NCBI GenBank assembly: GCA_048940925.1
Contig: JBHLOC010000002.1
Coordinates: forward strand, 200,843-264,842
From: Promethearchaeota archaeon
GTDB taxonomy: Archaea; Asgardarchaeota; Lokiarchaeia; Sigyniarchaeales; SOKP01
Direction of reading: 5' to 3'
DNA length: 64,000 nt
Shown here: piece by piece, positions 21,306 through 30,297 of the stretch
Layout of the letters: every line of letters begins with the position of its first letter
Numbering within the stretch: position 1 is the stretch's first letter
Made by a program: the position numbers and the translations under genes
The notes under the pieces: generated by a model
Database searches by the model: none
Told to the model about the DNA's origin: nothing
What the model saw: only the letters and a program-made list of their open reading frames with translations

Positions 21306-21497
21306 TTATAGATTAATTTCGATTTTTATAGTCTTAATGTTTTCAGGTACTTTTTTAGTAGAATTCAAATAACCTAAAATAATGTTCGCAAGCATCTCCT
21401 GCATAAAATCTTTTAATGGGATTTTTTGTTCGTTAACAATTAAAGTTGCATCAACCATATTTAACTCTAAATCGCTTAATTTTTTAAAATTTTTCAT
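21306..21497 (-). CDS. Small protein resembling the MobB C-terminal domain
   Basis: LIVNEQKIPLKDFMQEMLANIILGYL pattern. Confidence 0.5.
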   Translation of the reverse strand: MKNFKKLSDLELNMVDATLIVNEQKIPLKDFMQEMLANIILGYLNSTKKVPENIKTIKIEINL

Positions 21498-21597
21498 AAT
21501 AATTTGAAAATAACTAACTAAAAAGCAAATAATAATAAAGAAAGAGTATCAATCTATAATCAATTTTTATTTACCATTTAAAATTTCATATAAAGAG

Positions 21598-22062
21598 TTG
21601 ATTAATTCAATGCCAAATGAATTTTTACTCTCTAATTCAGAGAATGAATTTTTAACCAAATCTCGCGTAGCTAGGATTGCAACAATAGACGCTGCTAGTA
21701 ATTTTCCGCATATAATACCAATCTGCTATAGTTTTGATGGCAACAATTTTTTTACATCACTACGTAATACTAGTAAGCGCTTGCAAAATATTAATAAAGG
21801 AAGTAAAGTTTCATTGTTATTTGATGAATATGTTGAGAATAATGGAAAATGGATAACACTTCGAGGAATTCTTATCAACGTGACAATTTCTATTCTAAAT
21901 TACCACGATCATTCAGAACAATTCAAGCAAGGATGGAAACAACTAATTGAAAAATATCATCAATATAAAACATGGGCACAAGAAGATTTAAGTCCAACAG
22001 ATTCAAATACACGACGTATTATGAAAATGACTCCAATCCATAAAATATCATGGGGATTTTAA
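21598..22062 (+). CDS. Pyridoxamine 5'-phosphate oxidase-like split-barrel flavin/F420-binding protein
   Basis: VARIAT, PHIIPICY, KRLQNI, C-terminal ISWG. Confidence 0.78.
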   Translation: MINSMPNEFLLSNSENEFLTKSRVARIATIDAASNFPHIIPICYSFDGNNFFTSLRNTSKRLQNINKGSKVSLLFDEYVENNGKWITLRGILINVTISILNYHDHSEQFKQGWKQLIEKYHQYKTWAQEDLSPTDSNTRRIMKMTPIHKISWGF

Positions 22063-22126
22063 AAAAAAAGAAATAAAAAACATACTTTGAAAAAAATTAA
22101 AGATAAAACCAAAACCCTTGCAGGGG

Positions 22127-22168
22127 TTGTCCTTTTACAACTATCTTTTCTTTGTAAAAATCATTCAA
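22127..22168 (-). promoter_or_regulatory. Kink-turn / SECIS-like hairpin
   Basis: Minus strand UUG-AAU-GA-UUUUUACAA-[AGAAAAGAUAG]-UUGUAAAAG-GA-CAA: AUGA...GA tandem-GA core, 9-bp upper stem, A-rich loop. Confidence 0.5.
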
Positions 22169-22184
22169 TTTGGTTATAATCGAT

Positions 22185-22421
22185 TTATGTAACCTTTATG
22201 GTACTTATTATAAAATTTAAATTCTCGAACAAGCACCCTTCTTTTTGTGATAAAGAACCAAATATCATACAAGGTGAAGATCATGAGGTTCCTCCCTCGA
22301 AACTCAACATTGTTATTACTATTGCTACTATGAATGTCACGATGATTGCTCCAACTAAAATCCACATGATAATTCTTTTAATTTTTCTTCTTTTCAAGTG
22401 TTTTATCTCAGAATCACTCAT
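22185..22421 (-). CDS. Small single-pass membrane protein: 46 aa if UGA (22281-22283) is stop, 78 aa if read as Sec
   Basis: MSDSEIKHLKRRKIKRIIMWILVGAIIVTFIVAIVITMLSFEGGTS-UGA-SSPCMIFGSLSQKEGCLFENLNFIISTIKVT-UAA; not in the ORF track. Confidence 0.5.
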
Positions 22422-22480
22422 TGTAACTAACGAGAATTAAAAATCAAATAAAAAAGATTTCTATTCTTCTAAACACTTTG

Positions 22481-22900
22481 TTAATTTTTGATATTTAATA
22501 ATAAAAAGGCATATATATCAGTTATTAAGAGAAAACCACCAATAATTATAAAAGAGTAGATAATAAAGAACGTAAGATTTTGGTGAATTATATAAATGCC
22601 AATCACACCCCCTAAAAAGAAAAACACCATGTCCGTAGCTACATTTATTTTACTATCTCTTCTATGTCTATATTTAATTTTGAATTTGTAAAGAAGAAAA
22701 TTTTCTAGAACTTCCCAACTAATTGAAGCAATTACATTTAGCAATAAAAGTAAATAATCAAAAGATATTTTAAGACTTATATTTAAAATAGTATAATTAG
22801 TTAATAGGATCAAATACCCAAGAACTATATGAGTAAAACTAAAGAAATCAATGGCAGAAATTCCTACTTCTTCTTTATTTTTTGCTATTATTAACATCAT
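22481..22900 (-). CDS. Membrane protein (HxxxG...WE...D..N..D motif family)
   Basis: DFFSFTHIVLG, SWEVLEN, DSKINVATD; ~4 TMs. Confidence 0.65.
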   Translation of the reverse strand: MMLIIAKNKEEVGISAIDFFSFTHIVLGYLILLTNYTILNISLKISFDYLLLLLNVIASISWEVLENFLLYKFKIKYRHRRDSKINVATDMVFFFLGGVIGIYIIHQNLTFFIIYSFIIIGGFLLITDIYAFLLLNIKN

Positions 22901-22921
22901 GTTGAATCTCTATAATCATAA

Positions 22922-23389
22922 TTAATGATTTAGCTTAGCAGTAATTAGACCTAAACATATTATGAAAAAGCTAAAGAGAAATCCTAGCCCCAGACAAAAT
23001 CCAAAATTTTGATAAAAATAGGATATGAAATTTGTACCATCAGATGCTCTAGCTATTGTTCCCCCTGCTAAGGTAATAATTATTAAACATAAAAATGTTA
23101 ATATAGTAATAGTAATAAACCAAGCTAAAACAGATCTCTTATATTTTATAATAGGTGAGGTTTTACTTGTGTATATTAAATAAATTGCAGGAAGAATAAA
23201 AAGTAGGAAAGAGAAAAAAATAAACCAAAGACTGATCGTGATTGCTAAATCTGCCCAAACTCTAGCAGGATTTATAATATTATTGCTGATCCAAATTAAT
23301 AGAGGAATTATTATGAATAATCCAGCACATATCAGGCAGATTCCACCAATTTTTTTTTTACAATCACTTTGCATAATTCTTTTACTCAC
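22922..23389 (-). CDS. Four-TM membrane protein
   Basis: Four hydrophobic segments. Confidence 0.6.
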   Translation of the reverse strand: MSKRIMQSDCKKKIGGICLICAGLFIIIPLLIWISNNIINPARVWADLAITISLWFIFFSFLLFILPAIYLIYTSKTSPIIKYKRSVLAWFITITILTFLCLIIITLAGGTIARASDGTNFISYFYQNFGFCLGLGFLFSFFIICLGLITAKLNH

Positions 23390-23567
23390 ATAATTTAGTA
23401 TATAAAGGATTTTTAAATTCCAAAATAAAAAATTGACTCTATATTTATATCTTTATATTAAATTATACTAAGAGACTCAAATTAATAAGCATAAGTCAAG
23501 TTTCTTTTTTCCCATTACAGAGATCCTCATAATCAAATTCTTAAATCTTTTTATTTTTTTATTATTC

Positions 23568-24740
23568 ATGGAACTTTCCAAAATTACAGAATCTTTTACG
23601 GAATCAGTTATACGTGAAATGACACGGATTGCATATCAACATCCTGAAAGTGTTGATCTCGCACAGGGATTTCCAGACTTTCCCGCACCAGAATCCATAA
23701 AAAATGCCGCAATAAATGCGATTAAAAATAATATTAATCAATACTCAATTACATGGGGCGCTCTATCTTTACGGAAGGCTATAGCAGATAAAGTTTCCCA
23801 CTACAATAAAATCAAATTTGTAGATCCCAATAAAAATATTACTATAACTTGTGGTGCAACAGAAGCGATGATTTCCGCTATGAAAGCAATAATAAACGCG
23901 GGAGATGAGGTAATCATATTTGAACCTTTTTATGAAAATTATGGCCCAGATTGTTTATTATCAGGAGCAAAACCTCGGTTTTATAAATTAAATCCCCCAG
24001 ATTGGGATATTGAAACTAATGAACTTGAAAATCTTTTTAATAAGAAAACAAAAGCAATCATTTTGAACACTCCAAATAATCCTACAGGTAAAGTGTTTAA
24101 CCAAAAAGAATTAGAATTTATCGCAGACTTGTGTATAAAAAACGATTGTATAGCTATTACAGATGAAATTTATGAGCATATAATATATAATGATCAAAAG
24201 CATATTTCAATTGCCTCATTTCCAGAAATGGAAAATAATTCAATCACAATCAACTCAATTTCTAAAACTTATGCCCTTACTGGTTGGAGAGTAGGATGGG
24301 CAATAGCATGTGAAAGAATAACTAATGAAATAAAAAAGGTGCATGATTTTTTGACTGTGGGTGCACCTGCACCACTCCAAGAAGCTGGTGCTTTTGCATT
24401 ATCACTAGGGGATGAATATTATCAAAAACTAAAGGATTATTATCAGAAAGCACGAGATATTCTTTATAATGCTTTGAAAAACACAGATCTCAAGCCAATT
24501 AAACCAAAGGGAGCATACTATATGATGACAAATTGCAAAGAATATATGAGAAACAGGAATCTTAAAAATTCTATGGATCTGGCCATACATTTAGTAAAAG
24601 ATATCGGTTTGGTAGCAGTACCAGGTTCCTCTTTTTATGCGAATCCTAAAGATGGGCAATTTCAAACTAGATTTTGCTTTTGTAAGAAAGTTGAAACGCT
24701 TCAAGCAGCAATAAAAAAATTAGAAAAAATTAATTATTGA
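23568..24740 (+). CDS. PLP-dependent aminotransferase class I/II
   Basis: DLAQGFPDF, NTPNNPTG, DEIYEH, SISKTYALTGWRVG. Confidence 0.93.
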   Translation: MELSKITESFTESVIREMTRIAYQHPESVDLAQGFPDFPAPESIKNAAINAIKNNINQYSITWGALSLRKAIADKVSHYNKIKFVDPNKNITITCGATEAMISAMKAIINAGDEVIIFEPFYENYGPDCLLSGAKPRFYKLNPPDWDIETNELENLFNKKTKAIILNTPNNPTGKVFNQKELEFIADLCIKNDCIAITDEIYEHIIYNDQKHISIASFPEMENNSITINSISKTYALTGWRVGWAIACERITNEIKKVHDFLTVGAPAPLQEAGAFALSLGDEYYQKLKDYYQKARDILYNALKNTDLKPIKPKGAYYMMTNCKEYMRNRNLKNSMDLAIHLVKDIGLVAVPGSSFYANPKDGQFQTRFCFCKKVETLQAAIKKLEKINY

Positions 24741-24950
24741 CTTTAATTAATTAAAAGATTTTCCTCGAGTCAAGAGTAAATCACCTTTTCCCTCTTTTTA
24801 AATATTTTCTAATACCTATTAATTTGAATTATCAATAGTTTTCCTATACTATTTCATATTTAATACTTTTAAAATAAGAAAAATAACGAATAACAATTGT
24901 ATGGGCAAAATAACTATAAGAAAACATAAGATGAAGCTGTTTTAGAAACT

Positions 24951-25865
24951 TTATAATGCACGAAGATAGTCAGGTCGACGTAGGTTTGGATACTTAATAG
25001 CTCCCTCAACGACCTTTAGGAATGTTTCTTTATCTTCTGCTAATTCTCCTTTTAAGCTTACATAATTTGAAGCATGATTTGAATTAAAGATGCACTTCTG
25101 TAAATCATCGGACGTATATTCTATCAATGTGTGTAATTCTTGAAGAATTTCAGTACTGCTACATGGCTTGAATTCCCCTGTTGATGTTTGAGTCCACAAC
25201 TCAGTTCCGGGAGTAACACCTAAGGTTAAAGGGGATATATACCATTCAATTGGAGTTGGTGGAGCCATTCTATTAATTAACTTTGCGGATTCGATAGCAT
25301 GCTTTCTACTTTTCTCTGGATCATTTCCTGCTAGTCCTAATAGAAAAATGCCGGACCATGCAATACCTACTTTGTAACATTTTTGAGCTGCTAGGGCAAA
25401 ATCATCTTGTGTAGCTCCTTTTTTACAAGCTTTTAGAACCTCATCATCTCCGCTTTCAATGCCCACATAAACCATTGTAAATCCGCTGTCTGCTAGAATC
25501 TTTAAATCCTCATCTGATTTACTTAGGATATCTTTAACATGAGCATATGCACTCACTTTCCTGAGATTCGGATGAATTTTGTAAGCATATTCAGTTAACT
25601 CAGTAAGAATCTCAGGTTTAACTACAAAGGCATTTCCATCTTCGAAAAATATTTTTTGTATTCGATTTCCATAAACAATAGCGGCTCTTTTTATATCTTT
25701 TTTGATCTCTTCGATATCTTTACGAATAGAGAAGATTTTTGATCTATACATAGAGCAGAATGTGCATTTACGAGTGCATCCATTTGTTACTGCAATCAGT
25801 AGTGCGTTATGTTCTGATGGGGGACGAAAACAGGGTTCTGTTATGTTTCCAACTACATAATTCAT
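24951..25865 (-). CDS. Radical SAM protein
   Basis: FRPPSE, CTRKCTFC, GIESGDD, NHASNY. Confidence 0.88.
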   Translation of the reverse strand: MNYVVGNITEPCFRPPSEHNALLIAVTNGCTRKCTFCSMYRSKIFSIRKDIEEIKKDIKRAAIVYGNRIQKIFFEDGNAFVVKPEILTELTEYAYKIHPNLRKVSAYAHVKDILSKSDEDLKILADSGFTMVYVGIESGDDEVLKACKKGATQDDFALAAQKCYKVGIAWSGIFLLGLAGNDPEKSRKHAIESAKLINRMAPPTPIEWYISPLTLGVTPGTELWTQTSTGEFKPCSSTEILQELHTLIEYTSDDLQKCIFNSNHASNYVSLKGELAEDKETFLKVVEGAIKYPNLRRPDYLRAL

Positions 25866-26117
25866 AGTTTCTTCTATTTATAATATGTTTTTTTCTAAAC
25901 TTTAACTTTTTCATTAAAAATTATTAAAATTGGTTAGAAATTTTGGGGCAAAACTAAAAATTCTATATTTGATTTTGAAGGCAATACTCTAGTTTGTATT
26001 TCAAGCATTATAGCTAAAAGTATAAATTTATATATTGTCTGAAAGTTTAGTATATAATATTTAATCAAATTAAAGCTTTTACGATTATGTAGTGGTGAAA
26101 AAATCATCAATAAAATA

Positions 26118-27029
26118 ATGTCCATGAAAGAGGCGATAGAAAAATTTGTTCACAATGGAGATTTCATTTTTTTTGGTGGATTTGGCAATGGTATGACCTT
26201 TTCTGCAAGTCATGAAATTATTAGACAAGGTTTAAGAAATCTTAAGGTGACTAAATGTGGTGGGGGAATTCTCTTTGATCAATTAATAGGTGCAGGAGTT
26301 ACTAATCATATTGTGACTTCTCATTGTTGGAATGGTACTGGTCCGCAACCAGCATGGAATCTAAAAAGAGCTATGGAAGAAGGAATACCTCAAAAAATAA
26401 TTTATAATGAACAATCGTTATTTATGATAAACATGTCCTTTTTTGCTGGTTACATGGGCATCCCTTTCGTGCCTATTCGTTCAATTATTGGAACTGGTAT
26501 TTATAATCATCCAAATGAAGTGGGATTAAAAGCTGCTAAAGTGAAATGCCCTTTTACTGGGGAAGAAATATGTGTTATTCCTGCTATTAATCCTGATGCC
26601 GGTATAATCCAAGTTCAACGAGCAGATAGCGAAGGAAACGCTCAAATGTGGGGATTAATTGGTGACACCAAATACGGTATCAATGCATGTAAAAGAATTA
26701 TTGTTGCTGCAGAAGAGATTGTGGATAAAAAAGTTATTATGGAATCTCCTGAACGCACGATAGTAGGCGCCCATAAAGTTGATGCTGTTGTACATGAACC
26801 TTGGGGTGCTCATCCAAGTAGCATGCAAGGTTTTTATTACACAGATTTAGAATATAGATTTAATTATGCTAAAGAAACTAAAACAATAGAAGATTGGGAA
26901 AAGTGGCTTGAGAAATGGGTAACAGGCGTGGAAGATCGACAAGAATATTTGAAAGTTCTTGGGGATGAAAGAGTAAATTTTCTAAAAGCTAAAAGTATAA
27001 TACAAGGAGCTGTTGATTATGGGTATTGA
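26118..27029 (+). CDS. CoA-transferase subunit A (glutaconate CoA-transferase GctA-like)
   Basis: MSMKEAI, HEIIRQ, DQLIGAG, QRADSEGN, PWGAHP; true start may be ATC at 26103/26106. Confidence 0.85.
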   Translation: MSMKEAIEKFVHNGDFIFFGGFGNGMTFSASHEIIRQGLRNLKVTKCGGGILFDQLIGAGVTNHIVTSHCWNGTGPQPAWNLKRAMEEGIPQKIIYNEQSLFMINMSFFAGYMGIPFVPIRSIIGTGIYNHPNEVGLKAAKVKCPFTGEEICVIPAINPDAGIIQVQRADSEGNAQMWGLIGDTKYGINACKRIIVAAEEIVDKKVIMESPERTIVGAHKVDAVVHEPWGAHPSSMQGFYYTDLEYRFNYAKETKTIEDWEKWLEKWVTGVEDRQEYLKVLGDERVNFLKAKSIIQGAVDYGY

Positions 27030-27855
27030 TGATAGAGAGTTTTGTACAGAATATACCGGTTTTGAGATGATGTTAGTGTCAGCGTGCAGACAAATTAAAA
27101 ATGAAGATATCGTATTTAACGCTTTTCACTGGCCTTTTCTTGCCGTTCACATGGCTAAATTGCTACATTGTCCCGATCTTTTCTCTGTGCTCGAAGTAGG
27201 ATTATTTCAAGATGAACTTCCAAGACCAATTAAAATGCCTTACTCGATTAGTGATCCTGTTTTAGTACCAAATTCATTATTCGTTGGAGACTCTATTGAT
27301 GCATTATCCATACTTCAAAGAGGTGAAATAACTGTAGCATTGTTGAGTACTTCCATGGTTGATAAGTATGGAAACTGTAATACTACAGTTGTGGGTCCAT
27401 ATGAAAAGCCGATTTATCGTTTACCAGGAGGTGGTGGGGCGACAGAAATAGCGGGTATGGCAAAAAGATTAATATGGCTTATAGATGATCACATAAAACG
27501 TAGATTACCAGAAAAATTAGATTTTATAACAGATCCTGGTTATTTAGAGGGATTTGATAGTAGAGTAAAAGCTGGTTATCCTCCTGATACTGGTCCAGAT
27601 GCTATTGTCACACCTTTCTGTATTATGAAGTTTGATCCTGAAACAAAAGAAGCATATCTAGATGCTTTACATCCAAATATTACAATAGATCAAGTGAAAG
27701 AGAACACGGGCTGGGATTTAAAAGTTGGTAAAGAACTGAGACAAATTGAACCACCAACCCTAAGAGAAATAGAAATTTGTCGTAGAACTATGAAAGATGC
27801 TATTGATCAATATTTCATACTAAAACCAGAATGGACAATTTATTTAGATAAGTAA
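27013..27855 (+). CDS. CoA-transferase subunit B (GctB-like)
   Basis: VLEVG (putative catalytic Glu), DKYGNCN, RLPGGGGATEIA, DFITDPG, ENTGWDL. Confidence 0.85.
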   Translation: MIMGIDDREFCTEYTGFEMMLVSACRQIKNEDIVFNAFHWPFLAVHMAKLLHCPDLFSVLEVGLFQDELPRPIKMPYSISDPVLVPNSLFVGDSIDALSILQRGEITVALLSTSMVDKYGNCNTTVVGPYEKPIYRLPGGGGATEIAGMAKRLIWLIDDHIKRRLPEKLDFITDPGYLEGFDSRVKAGYPPDTGPDAIVTPFCIMKFDPETKEAYLDALHPNITIDQVKENTGWDLKVGKELRQIEPPTLREIEICRRTMKDAIDQYFILKPEWTIYLDK

Positions 27856-27890
27856 CTGTATGATCGATTCCAATAACTTGAGAACTAAAT

Positions 27891-28319
27891 CTATACTATC
27901 ACTTGAAACATTAATCCTGTTACTTCACCTTCAAGAAACTTTTCGTCTTTTTTATTGTAACATTTCATTGAGAAGTTTAATCTGCGATTTTCGCGATCAA
28001 CCATAGTAATCTCAGCAATAGCTTTAATAGTATCTCCGAAATATACTGGTTTTAAATATTTAAATATCATAGTTTCAGCAAGACAGCCTGGTCCAGGAAA
28101 TATATCACCTCCAAAATGACAACTCATTCCTGCTACAAGTAAACCATGCACAATAGGCTTTTTAAAGTGTGTATTTCTTATAAATTCACCATCGTAATGA
28201 AATAGGTTATGGTCGCCTATTAAATCTGCCATTAATTCTGTTTCTTTTTGAGTAAATGTATGTGAGAATTCTGCTTTCATTCCAACTCTAAATTCATCAA
28301 TCGATCGACCTAACTTCAT
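27891..28319 (-). CDS. MaoC/PhaJ-like (R)-specific enoyl-CoA hydratase
   Basis: GDHNLFH, PIVHGLL, PVYFGDTI. Confidence 0.82.
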   Translation of the reverse strand: MKLGRSIDEFRVGMKAEFSHTFTQKETELMADLIGDHNLFHYDGEFIRNTHFKKPIVHGLLVAGMSCHFGGDIFPGPGCLAETMIFKYLKPVYFGDTIKAIAEITMVDRENRRLNFSMKCYNKKDEKFLEGEVTGLMFQVIV

Positions 28320-28396
28320 AAGTTTTTAAATTATTGATAATATTTTAAATAAACTTGATAAAAGCTTTAGTATATAAAATTTAAGGTTAAAAGTTT

Positions 28397-29188
28397 ATGG
28401 AAAAACAAATTGATATAGTTATAGAGGGGAATATTGCTACAATCACATTTATAGATTCTGATAATCTTAATCCTTTAAATAAAGAAACAGCGAAACAATT
28501 ATTCGATACATTAGAATCTCTGAAAGAAAATGATGAAATTAGATGTGTTATAATTACTGGATCAGGAAGAGCATTTTCTGCTGGCGGAGATATTAAGTTG
28601 TTTAAATCGAGTATAGAGAACGGCACTTCTGGGAAAGTTATGGATGAACTAACAAAAGTTCTATATAAAATCGCTATATTTTTACGTAAGTATCCAAAAC
28701 CAGTTATAGCAGCCGTTAACGGATGGGCTGTGGGAGCAGGGATGAATTTAGCCTTCTCATGTGATTTTGTCATTGCTTCTGAAAAAGCAAAATTTAGACA
28801 ATCATTTTGTAAATTGGGTTTAATTCCTGGATTTGCAGGTACAATTATTCTTAGTCGTCAACTAACATGGCAACAGGCCACTCAAATGGCATTTTTTGGA
28901 GATACTTATTCTGCAGAGGATTTGAAAAGACTTGGTTTAATTAATGAGATTGTACCTCATGAAAAATTAGGAGAAATTACAATGCAATGGGCAGAAAGGT
29001 TATCAAACGGTCCCACATTAACATATGCACGAACTAAAGAACTATTCTTCGAAGCATTAAGCACACCACTGGAAGAACACCTCGAAAATGAACGTCAAAT
29101 GCAGATAAAGTCTGCAGAAACGGAGGATTTTAAAATAGGTGTTTTTGCTCTAATAGAGAAAAAAGAACCCGAGTTTATCGGGAAATAG
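28397..29188 (+). CDS. Enoyl-CoA hydratase/isomerase (PaaG-like crotonase)
   Basis: AFSAGGDI, AVNGWAVGAG, LGLIPG. Confidence 0.9.
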   Translation: MEKQIDIVIEGNIATITFIDSDNLNPLNKETAKQLFDTLESLKENDEIRCVIITGSGRAFSAGGDIKLFKSSIENGTSGKVMDELTKVLYKIAIFLRKYPKPVIAAVNGWAVGAGMNLAFSCDFVIASEKAKFRQSFCKLGLIPGFAGTIILSRQLTWQQATQMAFFGDTYSAEDLKRLGLINEIVPHEKLGEITMQWAERLSNGPTLTYARTKELFFEALSTPLEEHLENERQMQIKSAETEDFKIGVFALIEKKEPEFIGK

Positions 29189-29320
29189 TATACAATATTT
29201 TTTTATTAAAAAATTTTAAAATTATTATTTAACATTATATAAATAATTCTGATAACAAACATTAAATATATAGATTTTTTTTATTGATTTAAAAATTTAT
29301 TATAGAAAAATTCTACTGTA

Positions 29321-29773
29321 ATGCCAAAAAATAAAGATATTTTAAAGTTTTTTCAGGCTTATGTTAAAGAAATGATTGATATTGGGGGAAATAATTTACC
29401 CAAAGCCGTTTCAGTCAAATCTGGTTCAAAGTTAGGAAAATTTTATAAAGGACGAGAGTCGGTATTAACTATGGAAGCCGTTTTAAAGCATTTTTATTCC
29501 GCTTTTAATGGAAAACCAACGATAAAGAAATTAAATGATAATAATTATGATGTGAGTGTAAAATTTCCTAAAAAATTTTGTCCAATAGGAGGGATTCATA
29601 ATCCTTCTCGAGGTTCTGTTTTTCAAGAAAATATATGTATTCCTTACATGAGAGGATTTTTAAGTGAAATATTTCCTCAATTAACAACTGAAGCTGATTT
29701 TATAAATTGTATCCCTCTTAATAACCAAAGAACTTGTCATTATATTTTAAAAGTGAGGAAAAAAATAAATTAG
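29321..29773 (+). CDS. V4R / methanogen output domain 1-like protein
   Basis: FCPIGG, ICIPYMRGFL, C...CHYIL Cys pattern. Confidence 0.55.
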   Translation: MPKNKDILKFFQAYVKEMIDIGGNNLPKAVSVKSGSKLGKFYKGRESVLTMEAVLKHFYSAFNGKPTIKKLNDNNYDVSVKFPKKFCPIGGIHNPSRGSVFQENICIPYMRGFLSEIFPQLTTEADFINCIPLNNQRTCHYILKVRKKIN

Positions 29774-29821
29774 TCTATCAAGTATTCAATTTGTTGATTC
29801 TTGATATCTTCATAATTTTAT

Positions 29822-30295
29822 TTATTTTTGAAGAGAATAAAATCGTGAAAGTTTTGAAGCTACAAAACATGGTTTTGATTCCCCCTCAACATAGATTTTA
29901 AAATCAAATTCAACATCATATGCATTACTTTCTACTTCTTTAACATTTACTACGGAAACAACTAGTCTAATACGTTTACCCACAGGTGTTGGTGCAGGAA
30001 ACCGAATCTTATTCCATCCATAATTAATTGTCATCCGTGTGTTAATCGATTTATACATGTTAGAAAATAATTTGGGATAAACTATAGAAAGTAACCAATT
30101 ACCGTGAGCAACTGTGGTTCCATACGGAGATTCCTTTTTAGCTTGTTCAGGATCCACATGAATTCATTGCAGATCACCTGTGATTCTTCCAAATTCAGTT
30201 ATTTCCTCTTGAGTTACTTCATACCAATCAGAAGTTCCAAATTCTTTTCCAACATAACTTTTCCAATCAGTTGGGCTAATTTCTAATTGATCCAT
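29822..30295 (-). pseudogene. MaoC/NodN-like dehydratase interrupted by in-frame UGA at codon 44
   Basis: ATG 30295: MDQLEISPTDWKSYVGKEFGTSDWYEVTQEEITEFGRITGDLQ-UGA(30164-30166)-IHVDPEQAKKESPYGTTVAHG; family consensus TGDxQWIHVD. Confidence 0.8.
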
Positions 30296-30297
30296 TA

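Noticed and set aside
22198-22440. 80-aa plus-strand ORF and the 63-aa minus ORF 22174-22365
   Set aside because: Shadow frames of the TM-encoding minus ORF starting at 22421; only the last 36 codons of the 63-aa ORF remain a possible alternative
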